Shown here: positions 47,417 through 59,496 of the stretch, piece by piece
Position numbering within the stretch: the first letter of the stretch is position 1
Layout: each line of letters begins with the position of its first letter
Assembly: GCA_963825865.1 (NCBI GenBank)
Contig: CAWGVG010000021.1
Location: 128,001-192,000, forward strand
DNA: 64,000 nt
Direction of reading: 5' to 3'
Origin: an uncultured Nitrososphaeraceae archaeon
GTDB taxonomy: Archaea > Thermoproteota > Nitrososphaeria > Nitrososphaerales > Nitrososphaeraceae
Program-made: the position numbers and the translations under genes
Notes under the pieces: generated by a model
The model's database searches: none
Told to the model about the DNA's origin: nothing
What the model saw: only the letters and a program-made list of their open reading frames with translations

Positions 47417-47865
47417 TTTACTATCAAGCAAGCATACAACGTTTACCAATATGGCTTTTTTCATCTTACATTGTTATCTAGATCATCATACTCTGTTGAT
47501 TCTTTACATACTCTATATGGCTTGAATTCTTTGCATTTACATTCAAACAACCTTGCGATAATCACGCTTGTGGCTTCAGATTTACATGAATTGATGAAAT
47601 TCCTATAATATTCGTTTGAATTATACCCAGAAATTTGATTGATTTTGATTTTGATTTTCTGTGACATCGGTTGTTGGTATCAGTATCAGAAAACTGCTAT
47701 TAAAGTCCATAACTACATTAACTAAAATAGTTGTTTTATATATAATTTTTTGCACATATATATATATATATATGCTATCTCAGCTAACTTGACAAGGCAT
47801 ATCTCGTTAAAATTAGCGATTTGGGTTTAGTTAACTATATTAAGTCTTGACATCGTTTCAATTTT

Positions 47866-48916
47866 ATGAAGGCAGCCGTATTTCGGGAATATAATAAAGA
47901 TCCTACAAAAGTTGTGAAGATTGAAGATATTGACATGCCAAAATTGAAACCTAACGAAGTTATGATGAAGGTAGAATCAGCATCATACAATTATAATGAC
48001 CTTTGGGCTATTTGGGGAGACCCGCTTAAAGTTCCAATACCACATATTTCTGGCAGCGATGTGGCAGGTACCTATAGTAGAGGCTGGCGAAGATGTTACA
48101 AAATTCAAGGTCGGAGACAGGGTTGTCTCACATTCTAACTTAAGCTGCAGAGTTTGTAATATGTGTACATCTGGGAGAGAGTATGACTGCAATGATAGAT
48201 TAGTCTGGGGATTCCAGACGGGTCCACTGTGGGGCGGTTTTGTTCAATATACACATCTACCAGAAGTAAACGTTGCCAAAATACCGGACAATATATCATT
48301 TGATGACGCAGCCGCAATCTCAATGGTTGGAATGACTGCATGGCACATGTTAGTAGGCAGAGCCAAGATAAAGCCTGGTCAAACAGTCCTGATCATGGGT
48401 GGGACCAGTGGAGTAGGCATGGCAGGAATTCAGATTGCAAAATTATACAACTGCACCGTCATTGCTACTGCAGGTAATAAAGAAAAAATGGACAAATGTT
48501 CAGAGATAGGCGCAGACTATGTAGTTAACCACAGAGAAGCAGATTGGCATAAGAAGGTAAGAGAGATTACAAAGAAACAGGGCGTAGATGTTATCTTTGA
48601 ACATATCGGCAAAGCAGCATTTGCACAAGAAGTTGCCCTTTTGAAGATGGCTGGAACTCTTGTAGCGACAGGTGCAACTACTGGTTACGATTCAACTATT
48701 GACTTGAGATATCTCTTCTTCAAAGGAACAAACTTGCTCGGCTCCACTCAGGGAACTAAAGCTGAACTAGAAGAGGTAATTTATTGGACGGGCAAGGGCA
48801 AGATAAAGCCCATTATTCATACAATTCTACCCTTTAGTGACATGGTAAAAGGCCATATAATGATGGCTAATGCTGAACAGATTGGAAAAATTCTAACTAC
48901 ACCACAGAAACTCTAA
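47866..48916 (+). CDS. Zinc-binding MDR-family dehydrogenase/reductase (frameshift near 48070)
   Basis: PHISGSDVAG, CRVCNMCTSGREYDC, GGTSGVG, GATTG. Confidence 0.9.
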
Positions 48917-48952
48917 TCTTCATCCTCCTTCTCTTGTCTTTCATACATACAG

Positions 48953-49873
48953 ATGATGTTCAGAAGTCTGATATTTGTTCCTAGCAACATCAAGCGTTTT
49001 ATTAATAAAGTTAAGGTAGTAAATGCGGATATTATATGCTTTGATCTAGAAGATTCTGTCCCTGTAAATGAAAAAGCTGTCGCGAGGCAGACGATCATGG
49101 AGGCGCTGACACAAAGGACGGAATATAAATCAAATGTCTATATCAGGATAAATTCCTTTGAATCTGGTCTAGCACTTCTAGACCTAAACGCAATAATTCG
49201 CAAGGGAATTGATGGAATTGTCATACCAAAGGTAAATGACGAAATGGAATTTTCCAATCTAGTAGATCTTATTTCTACTCTTGAGCAGAAGAGGGGAATT
49301 GAAAAGAACAGTATCAAATTGATGCCATCTATTGAAACTGCAAAAGGTGTGGTTAATGCTTATTCCATAGCAAAGACAGTTCAAAGAGTAAATGCGTTAG
49401 TTTTTGGAGTTTTTGATTTCCTTTATGATATGCGTCTTGATTATGATGAAAATGATGGAATTGAATATGCATATGCTCGCGCCAAAGTCTCTGTTGATGC
49501 AAGAGCTGCAGGAGTTGCCGCTATTGACGGCATCTGGCAAAAAGTCGACGATATTGATGGGTTAAGAAAAGATGCTATAATTGCAAAGCGATTAGGATAT
49601 TCAGGAAAGAGTATAATTCATCCTAATCATATAGAAACAGTTCACAAAATTTTTGTCCCAAACAGAAAAGAAATTGAATGGGCAAAGAAAGTATTGGAAG
49701 CGCTGGGTGAAGCAATGGAAAAAGGAGCCAACAGAGGTACAGTTAAGCTTGAAGGAAAAATGATTGATGCTGTACATTACAAACAGGCAAAGGCAATTTT
49801 GGATGCTATAAATAATAATAAAAATAAAAATAATAATAAAAATAAAAATTTGAATTTAGAAAATCCAAAATAA
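48953..49873 (+). CDS. CitE/HpcH-family CoA ester lyase
   Basis: RSLIFVP, DLEDSV, IETAKG, GKSIIHP, GKMIDAVH. Confidence 0.92.
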   Translation: MMFRSLIFVPSNIKRFINKVKVVNADIICFDLEDSVPVNEKAVARQTIMEALTQRTEYKSNVYIRINSFESGLALLDLNAIIRKGIDGIVIPKVNDEMEFSNLVDLISTLEQKRGIEKNSIKLMPSIETAKGVVNAYSIAKTVQRVNALVFGVFDFLYDMRLDYDENDGIEYAYARAKVSVDARAAGVAAIDGIWQKVDDIDGLRKDAIIAKRLGYSGKSIIHPNHIETVHKIFVPNRKEIEWAKKVLEALGEAMEKGANRGTVKLEGKMIDAVHYKQAKAILDAINNNKNKNNNKNKNLNLENPK

Positions 49874-49886
49874 CGTCATAAAGATT

Positions 49887-51118
49887 GTCGGGAAGGAAAC
49901 CCACATTTCTTTAGAAGTGGGAGGAATTCCCGACTATGATAAAAGCTAAATACTGGGTTATTGATAGATATTTCCAATATTCTTGCTTCAATCCCTAACG
50001 ATCAGGCTTGAAACTTCAGAAGAAGATAAAATCACTTTGCTAGAGACTATGAGAAAATACAATGAAGCATGCAATTTTGTTGCTGAAAAAGCATTTTTCT
50101 TAAAGTTAACTAACAAATACAAACTGCATAAGGAAGTATATAGAGAGATAAGAGAGAAGTTTAACCAAAGTTCTCAGTTCGCTGTTAGGATAATAGGGAA
50201 GGTTGTAGAGGCATACAAAAGAGATAAAACAACCAAGCCCAAGTTTAGAGAACTTGGAGCAATCCAATACGATCAGCGCAATTCCAAAATAGGAATTGAC
50301 AAAGTATCAATAATGACATTAAACGGAAGGATCAAACTTGCAACCAGGATAGGCGAAGTACCAGAAATCAAGGTTTGACAGGGTAAAAGGGCAATCTGAT
50401 TTAATTTATAGAAATGGAATTTTCTACCTAATTGTAGTTGTTGATGCATCTGAGAAATCAAATGAATACGATCCAGTAGGTGCTTTAGGCGTTGATCTAG
50501 GAATTGAGAATATAGCAGTAGATTCAGATCGGCAGGTATTTGAAAGCAAGAAAGTTGAGAAATCAAGGAAAAGGTACTCTGGATTACGAAAGGAATTGCA
50601 GAAGGTAGGGACTAAATCAGCAAAGAGAAAGTTAAAGAAATTATCAGGTAAGGAACGAAGATTCAAGAAGGATGCTAACCACGTTATATCAAAGGCCATT
50701 GTCTCAAAGGCTAAAGGCACAGCTAGGGCTATAGGGATGGAAGACTTGACAAATATATGCACAAGCTCTAGGGCAACTGTTAACTTCAAAGGTAGCAAAA
50801 GAGACAGGCATTCAAAATGGAGCTTTGGAGAATTGAGGAACTTTGTAACGTACAAGGCAAAGAATGAAGGTGTCCCATTGAAGATTGTAAGTTCTAAGAA
50901 CACTTCAAGGCAATGCCCTGAATGCGAATACATAGATCAGAGAAACAGAAAATCAAGGAATGAATTTGAATGCCTTCAATGTGGCTATAATGAAATGGCG
51001 GACTATGTTGCAGCAAAGAATATTGCTGCCAAGGCTAGGGCTGCAGTCAATCAGCCTATTGTAGCACCTCTTTTTTCGGTAGTTACAAGCCCACATACTT
51101 TAGTGGTGGGTAGTTGAC
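49887..51118 (+). mobile_element. tnpB: IS200/IS605-family (IS1341-type) tnpB-only element; TnpB 49983-51117 with one frameshift near 50357
   Basis: RuvC GVDLG / MEDL / ADYVAAKNI, CPEC..CLQC; left hairpin GTCGGGAA...TTCCCGAC (49887-49934); right hairpin CCCAC..GTGGG ending TTGAC. Confidence 0.9.
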
Positions 51119-51238
51119 ATAAAATTATAGGATACAATATACCCAGCCCTCTAGTGCAATGTAATTTTATACTTGCTTGTTTATTTTAAATTGTTGATTA
51201 ATTAATTGATTAATCGGTATCTAATACTGGTTTATTAG

Positions 51239-51850
51239 ATGGATGATGACATTATTTTTCATATATCTATGAAAAAAGATGCACCTTCTTTTTATCATCA
51301 TCAAACAACGGATACCTCTTCTTCTTCTTCCATTACTGCTGATTATAAATCGATTGAAAGTAATTCAGAACTGTTATTTGATCGAAAGGTTGATCAAGCT
51401 ACGGCAGGCTTAGATTCACACTATCGTGAGAGCCTAAAAAACAAAGTATCAAAGGAAAATGCTCTTGCAATATCAAATTTCGTCCTTGCAATGAAGTCTG
51501 AAATCAATCTTTCAGATCATTATAGAAGGCTAATTATTACAGTGCTATGCAAATTCTCTTGCTTCCACAACAACAATCAGAAACCCTTTAGTGAAATATC
51601 TAGAGACGATGTACTATCTTATCTGGACAGCCTTCGCAAACCAGAAGTGATAGATCCGTTGCATAAATGGTTAGGCACGTACAACCTTTACAGAATGTTA
51701 TTAATGAGATTTTTCAGATGGTTTTATTACCAAGATATAGAGCCAAACAAAAGACCAAAACCGAAGGCAGTTGAAAACATCGCCCAATTGAAAAGGAAAG
51801 AGCAGTCAATATACAAACCTACTGACTTATGGAGCAAAGAAGATGACATC
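51239..51850 (+). pseudogene. Integrase N-terminal (core-binding) domain, truncated
   Basis: EINLSDHYRR, DPLHKWLGTYN, LKRKEQSIYKPTDLW typical of a Nitrososphaera integrase family (from memory). Confidence 0.7.
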
Positions 51851-52081
51851 TTCGTCATGAATATATCTAGGTGTAGCCGCCATAATCAGACAATCATATT
51901 TTTTAATTTCTTCTTCAATGTCCTCTAATAAATTTGACGGTGACTGCGTATATTTTCCTACTGTCCCTCCGGTAGAAAATCCTTTTGATTGCGCTAAATT
52001 TATAACATTTTCTACAAAAGGTTTATCCTCTTCTCTCGAACTACAACTTAAGAAAGCTTTTATATTTTGATCGTCTGCCAT
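51827..52081 (-). pseudogene. TIR-like domain, truncated
   Basis: IKAFLSCSSREEDKPFVE...IEEEIKKYDCLIMAATPRY. Confidence 0.55.
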
Positions 52082-52806
52082 TAATTGCTTAACAGAATAT
52101 TATCAAATTATTGTATTTTTAGGTTACTTGTTGTTTATTTCAACTTTTACTATTTTATGATTCATAAGGACCATTTATTGCTAATTAGCTAACTATCAGA
52201 TTTTTGTAGTCAAATTTTTTAGCAATTCCTACGCCTGCATTCTATAACTATAGCGCTGTTACTACTGCTATCTTCGTCTTCTTTTCCGACGCATTGCAGG
52301 TTGTAGTTATATGCATCTTTGTTGAATGCCTCTCATTGTAATTCTTCTTGTACACGTTCATTCGTTTAATTGCTGATTGAAGCTTGTGACAGAAACCATT
52401 TTTGATTATATGTAGATTGGTCTGAACTAAGCTGACTCTGTGTTAGTTCAAGATGAGCCCTTTCATACTGCAAGTCTTTTATTCCATCCTTCGCATTGTG
52501 CATTTACTTGTGATGCTCTACTATCTAGAGCTATAAACACTAAAACTAACAATATTCCAACTATTGTGCTTGCTGTAGTCAAATACCCTAGCTGTTTTAA
52601 GCTGCCCTTTTTGATGTTATTTTAGCTGCAAAATTTTGTCAATAGCGTGTGTATACCATGCCACATAGAATTTCTTTGTTTATAAAATTTTTCATTGAAA
52701 TCAACTAAAATTCAGTTTGTTTTAGAACAATTTTAAATGACTTTATATAATATTATTCATCCTTCGCTTAAGAGTATCGATGTGGTGCATTTTGTTACCT
52801 TAAATA

Positions 52807-54138
52807 GTGGGCTGTGAATAATTAGCCCTGGAAGCATTTCACACACCTTGTAAGGTCGGGTCTCCCTGTTTCTACAGCTGTCTTTGTCACCAGTAACATC
52901 ACCATACTGATACACATTGAATGTAATGTAGCCCATTCTGTTCCTCTATGTTTTAACGAATCAAGGTTTAGCGAACCTTTTCCAATGGAGAATCCTTGTT
53001 CCGATAGTGTCCTTGCATCAAATTCCTTATCGAATTCTTCTGAGCCTGGGTCTACCCAGTAATTCTTGATAAAATTTCTGGCATAGAATCGATAACACAG
53101 TACCTTCCTTCTGGCCTTCTTCTCTTCTGGTGTGGAACCTTTAGATCTTCTTGTATTGAGCGGTATGAATGGTACTGCCTTCAGCCTTTTGACTATCTGT
53201 AGCCTAGTTTTATAGCCATCATATTCAGCATCTGCTAGGAATTTCCTGATTTTGATGAGAGGTAGATTCAGCAATACCATTTTGATAAACCATGAAACAG
53301 TTCTATTCTCTCCGTAACCTGCTTTTGTTATAGTAAGCATCACTGGAAGTCCAGAATCAGAATCAATCGCTACATGAACTTTGTATCCATAGACGTACTT
53401 TTCCCTGTGATGGTCCCATGTCCATGAAGCATCTCTATCTCTGCTCCTGTTACGCCTGCATTCCTTCTTATCGTGTCTAGGATTGTTACTCCATCTGCAG
53501 CCCTTGAACCAAGCCCATATTATAGAACAGTCAAGGCTTACCTTCTCTCCTTTGATTATACCGAGGTTTATCAGCTGAATTACTACCTGTATAAATATTT
53601 CCAGCATCTTCTCCTGTCCAAGCATTCCAGCAAACTTGTAAAAGGTACTCCTGTCAGGCACCTTGTACTTTGTCTCTCTATGTACCGTCTTATTCAAGTT
53701 AAGTGTTACGAGCCATTGATTATGAGCATTTAGAAAACGTATTAGATCCAGTATGCTCTCCATACTTTGTAGATACATCAGCAACAATGCCATGAATATA
53801 GAACTAGGACGATATCCCTTGGGTCCTGACCTTTCCTTCCTGCCAGGGTCTACTATCTTGTCCACAAACGCGAAATCTGTTTTTGCAAAAATCAGTTCTG
53901 AAGGAAATGAATCCTCTCTTACTGGTTTAGGTTGTTGTTTCCTATGCTTGCCGTCTTTATCTGCCTGTTGTTTGTATCTGCTATTCCCACAGGAGCCATT
54001 ATCATCATGGATAAGAGCTCTATCACAGCCATTGCTTCGGATCTATTATCACCAAAATCAATCCTTTGGGACGGTTCATAGCTTTACCGAATGAATCTGA
54101 TTGACAAAACGGTAAGATGCTAATTATTCACAGCCCTC
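52807..54138 (-). mobile_element. DDE IS (IS1182/IS5-like) with transposase 52822-53865
   Basis: 20-bp TIR G(T/A)GGGCTGTGAATAATTAGC; TAAATA duplication (52801-52806, 54139-54144); SLDCS, YGYKVH, ADAEYD. Confidence 0.9.
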
Positions 54139-54489
54139 TAAATAAAATGAATATCAATATTTGTACAAGAATCGTGCTCTGATGGTGATAGTTGGAAATG
54201 AGTACAATTTCTGATCTTCACAAAATGCTAAGAGAATACAAAGGCAGTAATCCTTATGGTTATTCGAATCTAAGAAAGAAATATACAAGACGTGATAGAG
54301 TTGTATTAAAATCAGGATATTTTCTTGGATAAGCTTATGGTAATTTGCGCAAATGTTGGCGTGGCTATAAAATTGCAAAGAATGATGGAGATGAAGAGAA
54401 TATGATTTATTATGCAAAAGGAATTCAAAAATATCAAGTACCGTCAAAAGTCCCACTAATTAGTTTTCCAATGAGTATTGTAATGCGAG

Positions 54490-54720
54490 AACTTCATATT
54501 CCTATACCTATTCCTGGAGTTCCCTGACCATTTGCTATTGCTGATACTGCTGTTCTCGAAAGCGCTATGTCAAAAACAGGATTCAGAAACATACATATTG
54601 AAAGACTTACTGTAGCTTTTGAATTTGCTACAGTAGAAGATTATATTAGTTATACCAAAGCGACTGCTGCTCCAATTAAGAGCATATTAAATAAAGAACC
54701 TGTAAAGGTGAGTCTTAGTA
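54490..54720 (+). pseudogene. C-terminal fragment of a SAM methyltransferase-like gene
   Basis: PFAIADTAVLESAMSKTGFRNIHIERLTVAFEF. Confidence 0.45.
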
Positions 54721-54814
54721 TTCCAAAAGAGTAAATTGTTCTGCTCATACAGCGTAGAACACCTTCTTTTACTTATTTTTGTTGGCCTTTATTAAGACCA
54801 TAATGTGAATGTTA

Positions 54815-55389
54815 TTATAATGATATGAGTTCCTTATACCGAAAGCAACAGATAGTATGATCATTTACCATTCCAACAGCCTGCATCATAGAATAACAAA
54901 TAGTAGATCCTACAAAAATAAAACCTCTTTTCTTCAGATCATTGCTCAATACATCAGAAATTTGTGTCCTCGAAGGAACGTCGGTCCAGCTTTTCCAATG
55001 ATTTTGTTTTGGTTTTCCATCAACGAAGCTCCACAGATATGAGTCGAAGCTCCCAAATTCTTTCTGTACCTATTATGAAAGCCCTTGCATTTTTTACAAC
55101 GGATTGAATTTTTAATCTATTTCTTATTATAGATGGATTTATAAGCAGTCTGTTGAAACTTTCCTTTATCATAATTGGCAATCTTCTGAACATCAAAATT
55201 GTCAAATGCTTTTCTGTATCCTTCTCTTTTTTTAAGTATTGTAGCCCAACTTAGACCTGCCTGTGCTGATTCTAGTAACAAGAATTCAAATAGCTTATTG
55301 TCGTTATGAACTGGAACAGCCCATTCATTATCATGATATTCAACATCAATTAGACTGCCATTCTCGGCCCATTTACAACGAACTTTCAT
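54815..55389 (-). CDS. tag: DNA-3-methyladenine glycosylase I (frameshifted)
   Basis: RCKWA..YHDNEW, LESAQAGLSWATILKKRE, IIRNRLKI, MQAVGMVNDH. Confidence 0.9.
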
Positions 55390-55694
55390 TTGCTTATGAT
55401 TTATAGATCAATGATTCTGTGGATATATACTGATATATCTAATTTGTTTCTGTTTTTCTAAGTGTTTCATAAGATGAAATACGAGAACATTATGGACCGA
55501 TGAAAGTGGAATAGCTGGATGTATTGGATTCAATTAAAGCAGCAAATTATATGAAATGACGTGAAGCTTTTTCAAAATATGACTCCGATAACATCTGCTA
55601 AGCAAGAAACTTACTTTAGCCTACCATTAAGTACATAGATATCACATGTAATAATTAAAGCATGCTTTTTTGTTCTATGATTCAAATTATTAAT

Positions 55695-56722
55695 TGTTGG
55701 TACTTACAGTGATAGGTTACACTTTCGATTACCTACATAGGTTACACTTTCTTGCTTCTTCATTCTGCATACAGTCGAATTATTGAATCTTTGTATAAAC
55801 ATCTCAGATGGAGTCATACCGTTTATTCCACCATGTTCTCTAGTTTCATTATATGCTTTGACAAACATATCATACCTTAGTTTTCCATCATCAATACTTG
55901 CTATATCTTCAATTTTCAGGAACTCATTCTTTACAATCTTGTTATATGCTTCTATCTTTCCTTGTAACTGTGGATAGGAATTTGGAATTGGTTTATCCTT
56001 TATATCATTCCTATGCAGAAAGTGTTTGAATATTTTAGATGTAAACTGCTTACCGTTGTCATGCATAGTCTTTTTGGGCTTTCCGTTATCCATAATCCAC
56101 TCCTCTAGTACATTCAAAACATCAATGCTCCTCTTTCTTTCAGACCACTTGCTAGCAACTTTTCTTGAACAGTCATCTATACAGTTTATCATGTAATTTC
56201 GTGTGTTGGAATAACGCAGATAAAAAGGTCCAAGAATATCCATTTGTACCATATCATTTGGATGTCTCATTTCAAATCTCTTGTACTTTCTATTATTCTT
56301 TATCTTACACTTGAGGATGTTGAGATCATGTTTCCTTAATGTCTTGTATATGGTTCTGCTACTCAATGATATTCCGATTCTCTTTAGTCTGAACCTGATC
56401 CTGTTACAGCCAAATCTCTTTAGCCGCAAATCTAGTATTGCTTCTTCCATCTTCTTGGTTGTCTTGTACTTGATATTATGAGGTGTCCTAGACAGGTCAG
56501 CGAGACCTTCTATTCCTTGTATTTTATATCTATTCTTCCACTTGTAGTACGTCTTTCTGGATACACCATATTTCCTACAAATACTATTTACGGTGTTACC
56601 AGTCCATTCATATTCATGAATGAGATTGAATTTTGTTCTAATTTCTATAGATATCCACTTCCTAGCAGAAGTGTTACCTATGTTTGTAGGTGATATTGTC
56701 ACCTATCTCTGTAAGTACAACA
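55695..56722 (-). mobile_element. IS481-family element with intact transposase 55704-56702
   Basis: TGT...ACA ends, ATTAAT duplication (55689-55694, 56723-56728); HTH plus QMD / IDDCSR / DNGKQF / GKIE rve motifs. Confidence 0.93.
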
Positions 56723-56895
56723 ATTAATAACGAGTGATAAAATCGAGTGCACTCCTCTAGTGACAATGTAATTTTATACTTGCTTGTTTATTTTAAATTG
56801 TTGATAAATTAATTGATAAACAAGCTTTAATTTTCGATACCACGGTCTATATATGTTTTTTATAGAGTCGAAATTAATGATAAACAAGAATAGAG

Positions 56896-57507
56896 ATGTT
56901 TACTGGCATCATCGAAGGAATTGGTGAAGTAAAATCAGCATCTAAATTTAAAGACAAGAACAAAGCAGCAAGTATGAGACTAAGCATATATCTTGGGAAG
57001 ATCTATAAGGGTTTAAAGGTTGGCAATAGCGTAAGCATCAATGGGACTTGTCTTACAATTACAAAACTATGCAAACGAAGAACAGCGGATTTTGAGATTG
57101 TAGGAGAAACTATCAAGCGCACCTGCCTAGGTTTAGTAAGACCAGGCGATAAAGTCAATATTGAGAGAAGTTTACGAGTGGGCGAGAGGTTAGAAGGGCA
57201 TATCGTTCTTGGTCATGTAGATGCGACAGGGACAATAAAAGAGATTATTACATCCACAATAGAGACAAAAATATGGATAAAAATTGAGAAGAGAGAGGTC
57301 TTACGTTCAATTGTCTCCAAGGGATCAATAGCAATAGATGGAGTAAGTCTGACGGTTGTAGATATAAAAGATGATAAGGTTTCTATTTCTTTAATACCCC
57401 ATACTTTAGCCAATACTACACTCGGATTGAAATCAAATGGCGACAAGGTTAATGTCGAGATAGACATAATTGGTAAATACATCATTAACAACTTACCAAA
57501 AAGTTAG
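56896..57507 (+). CDS. ribE: Riboflavin synthase (bacterial-type alpha chain)
   Basis: MFTGIIE, SINGTCLT, VNIERSL, GHIVLGHVD, KGSIAIDGVSLT. Confidence 0.95.
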   Translation: MFTGIIEGIGEVKSASKFKDKNKAASMRLSIYLGKIYKGLKVGNSVSINGTCLTITKLCKRRTADFEIVGETIKRTCLGLVRPGDKVNIERSLRVGERLEGHIVLGHVDATGTIKEIITSTIETKIWIKIEKREVLRSIVSKGSIAIDGVSLTVVDIKDDKVSISLIPHTLANTTLGLKSNGDKVNVEIDIIGKYIINNLPKS

Positions 57508-57562
57508 TAATTACTCGAATTTTAGTAAACTATATAATGAATTTCTGTTGCAAACTACTTAT

Positions 57563-58247
57563 TTGTCTCAAATTGAAGAAGCAATAGCCGCGTTACGAGA
57601 CGGTAAATTCGTTCTTGTCCATGATGATAAAGGTCGTGAAGATGAGGTTGATATGGTAATTGCTGCAGAACATGTTAGACCACAGCATATTGCAACAATG
57701 AGAAACGATGCAGGAGGATTACTTTGTCTAGCTATTGCAAATGAAATTACAGTAAAATTGGGTCTAGTATATATGCACGACATAATACAGAGCCTATCAA
57801 ACATCAATCCAATATTTTCGAAATTAACTAGTGGCAAATCACCATATGGCGACAAACCATCTTTTTCAATTTCTGTAAACCATCGCGATACATATACTGG
57901 AATAACAGATGTAGATAGAGCGTTGACAATTTTTAAAATGGCAGAAGTATGTAAGGAAATTGACTCCAGCGGAATAGATGAATTTGCAAAGGATTTCCGA
58001 GCACCAGGCCATATCCCAATTTTAATTGCATCAAAAGGCCTTCTTCAAGAGAGAATGGGACATACTGAACTTTGTATATATCTGACTCAGCTGAGCTAGA
58101 TTGATTCCTGCAGCAGCGATTTGTGAAATGCTGGATTCTACTACGCACAGAGCATTGTCAGAGAGCCAGGCAAAAAAATATGCAGACAAAGCTGGCATTC
58201 CATTAATAGAAGCAAGCCAGATAAAGACGTATACCAAGGCGGCTTGA
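57563..58247 (+). CDS. ribB: 3,4-dihydroxy-2-butanone-4-phosphate synthase (frameshift near 58095)
   Basis: DDKGREDEVDM, TGITDVDRALT, FRAPGH, GHTE, ICEMLD. Confidence 0.92.
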
Positions 58248-58254
58248 TTGATAA

Positions 58255-58720
58255 TTGAATAAAATCAAGATAGCAATAGTAGTCTCCGAGTTTAACAGTA
58301 GCATTACTTTTCAAATGTTGGATAAAGCAAAAAACCAGGCCCAAAAAGTCAAAGCAGATATCAAATATGTATGCTATGTACCAGGTTCATTTGATATGCC
58401 ATTGGTAATTGAAGAACTTTTGAAAAAGAAGGATGTAGACGCTGCAGTAACATTGGGCGCGGTAATCAAAGGTGAAACATGTCATGATGACATTGTTGCA
58501 GAAAATGCTGCTAGGCTGATTGCGGATCTTTCTCTGAAACATGGCAAGCCAGTCGCACTTGGAATTACTGGTCCAAATATGACTATGGAACAAGCAAGAG
58601 ATAGGATCACTTTTGTGCCGCTGCGTGCAGTAAATGGCAGCGGTTAATATGGCAATTAGAATTAAAAAATTAAAAAAAGAAAAACCGATCTCAGGAAGGA
58701 CAGTGACAATAATAGATTGA
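58255..58720 (+). CDS. ribH: 6,7-dimethyl-8-ribityllumazine synthase (frameshift near 3' end)
   Basis: IVVSEFN, VPGSFDMP, LGAVIKGETCHD, KPVALGI. Confidence 0.93.
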
Positions 58721-59496
58721 CAATACAAATCACAATTATCAGAATTGAAGGATATGGCCCATGGACGCTTAGACTGGGTAGCGATAGAGAAGCGCAGCTG
58801 CAAATGCTGCAGGCAAGGATCTATTATGATATACAACGGTTGTTTTCAGAAAAAGAATGTCTTGTATATTCAAACCGATTTGATGAGTATTTTGCAATAA
58901 CTAACGGTCTTTCAGTCCAAGACCATATAGTCATCCAGAAAGAGCTTGCAAATCTATACAAGGACCTCGAAATATCAATGACAATTGGAAAGGGCATAAC
59001 ACCGTTTGAAGCCAATTTGAATGCTTACAATGCAAGGAAAGCAAAACAGCTTGATAGAAAAAGGAATTTTTTTGCAAAAACAATATCATCCTCTATATCT
59101 TCAAATTCAATATCCTCTCAGGAATTTGTCCAAATTATGCACATTGACATTGATGATTCTACGAAAGTTAGTTCCAAATTATCACCATATGAAATTACGT
59201 CTCTAGTAATCAAGATCTATTCTAGATTGTCAGAAGAATTTCTTGGAAAAGGTTCGCTAACATTTTTCATTGGCGGAGACAATTTCATGGTTATATCAAA
59301 CGGAACTACAAAAGAGGATGCAGAGGAGATTATCAAGATAGTTACCACAGCTATTAATATTAAATTAAATTGTGGAATCGGTATTGGAAGAACTGGAAGA
59401 AAAGCCGCTCAGGCTGCAACCAAAGCACTTGATACCATCCGGGATTTAAGAGATGAAGGGAAAATTCAGTCAGTTTATGAAATGAAATGTCTCTAG
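58717..59496 (+). CDS. gch3: GTP cyclohydrolase III
   Basis: GYGPWT...DREAQLQ, RFD, HIDID, FIGGDNFM. Confidence 0.92.
   Translation: MTIQITIIRIEGYGPWTLRLGSDREAQLQMLQARIYYDIQRLFSEKECLVYSNRFDEYFAITNGLSVQDHIVIQKELANLYKDLEISMTIGKGITPFEANLNAYNARKAKQLDRKRNFFAKTISSSISSNSISSQEFVQIMHIDIDDSTKVSSKLSPYEITSLVIKIYSRLSEEFLGKGSLTFFIGGDNFMVISNGTTKEDAEEIIKIVTTAINIKLNCGIGIGRTGRKAAQAATKALDTIRDLRDEGKIQSVYEMKCL

Larger units (their letters stand above)
43625..47720. mobile_element. Integrase-carrying element with ~170-bp terminal inverted repeats and 8-bp flanking direct repeat
   Basis: 43625-43798 equals reverse complement of 47551-47720 (one 4-bp indel, one mismatch); ACTAAAAT at 43617-43624 and 47721-47728. 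Confidence 0.85.
51148..56820. mobile_element. Island bounded by ~66-bp direct repeats (att-like)
   Basis: 51148-51213 vs 56754-56820, one indel and two mismatches; integrase remnant starts 25 bp inside. Confidence 0.8.

Noticed and set aside
47461-47667. 68-aa ORF as an independent gene
   Set aside because: It is the integrase 5' end inside the right inverted arm, reading into unrelated sequence
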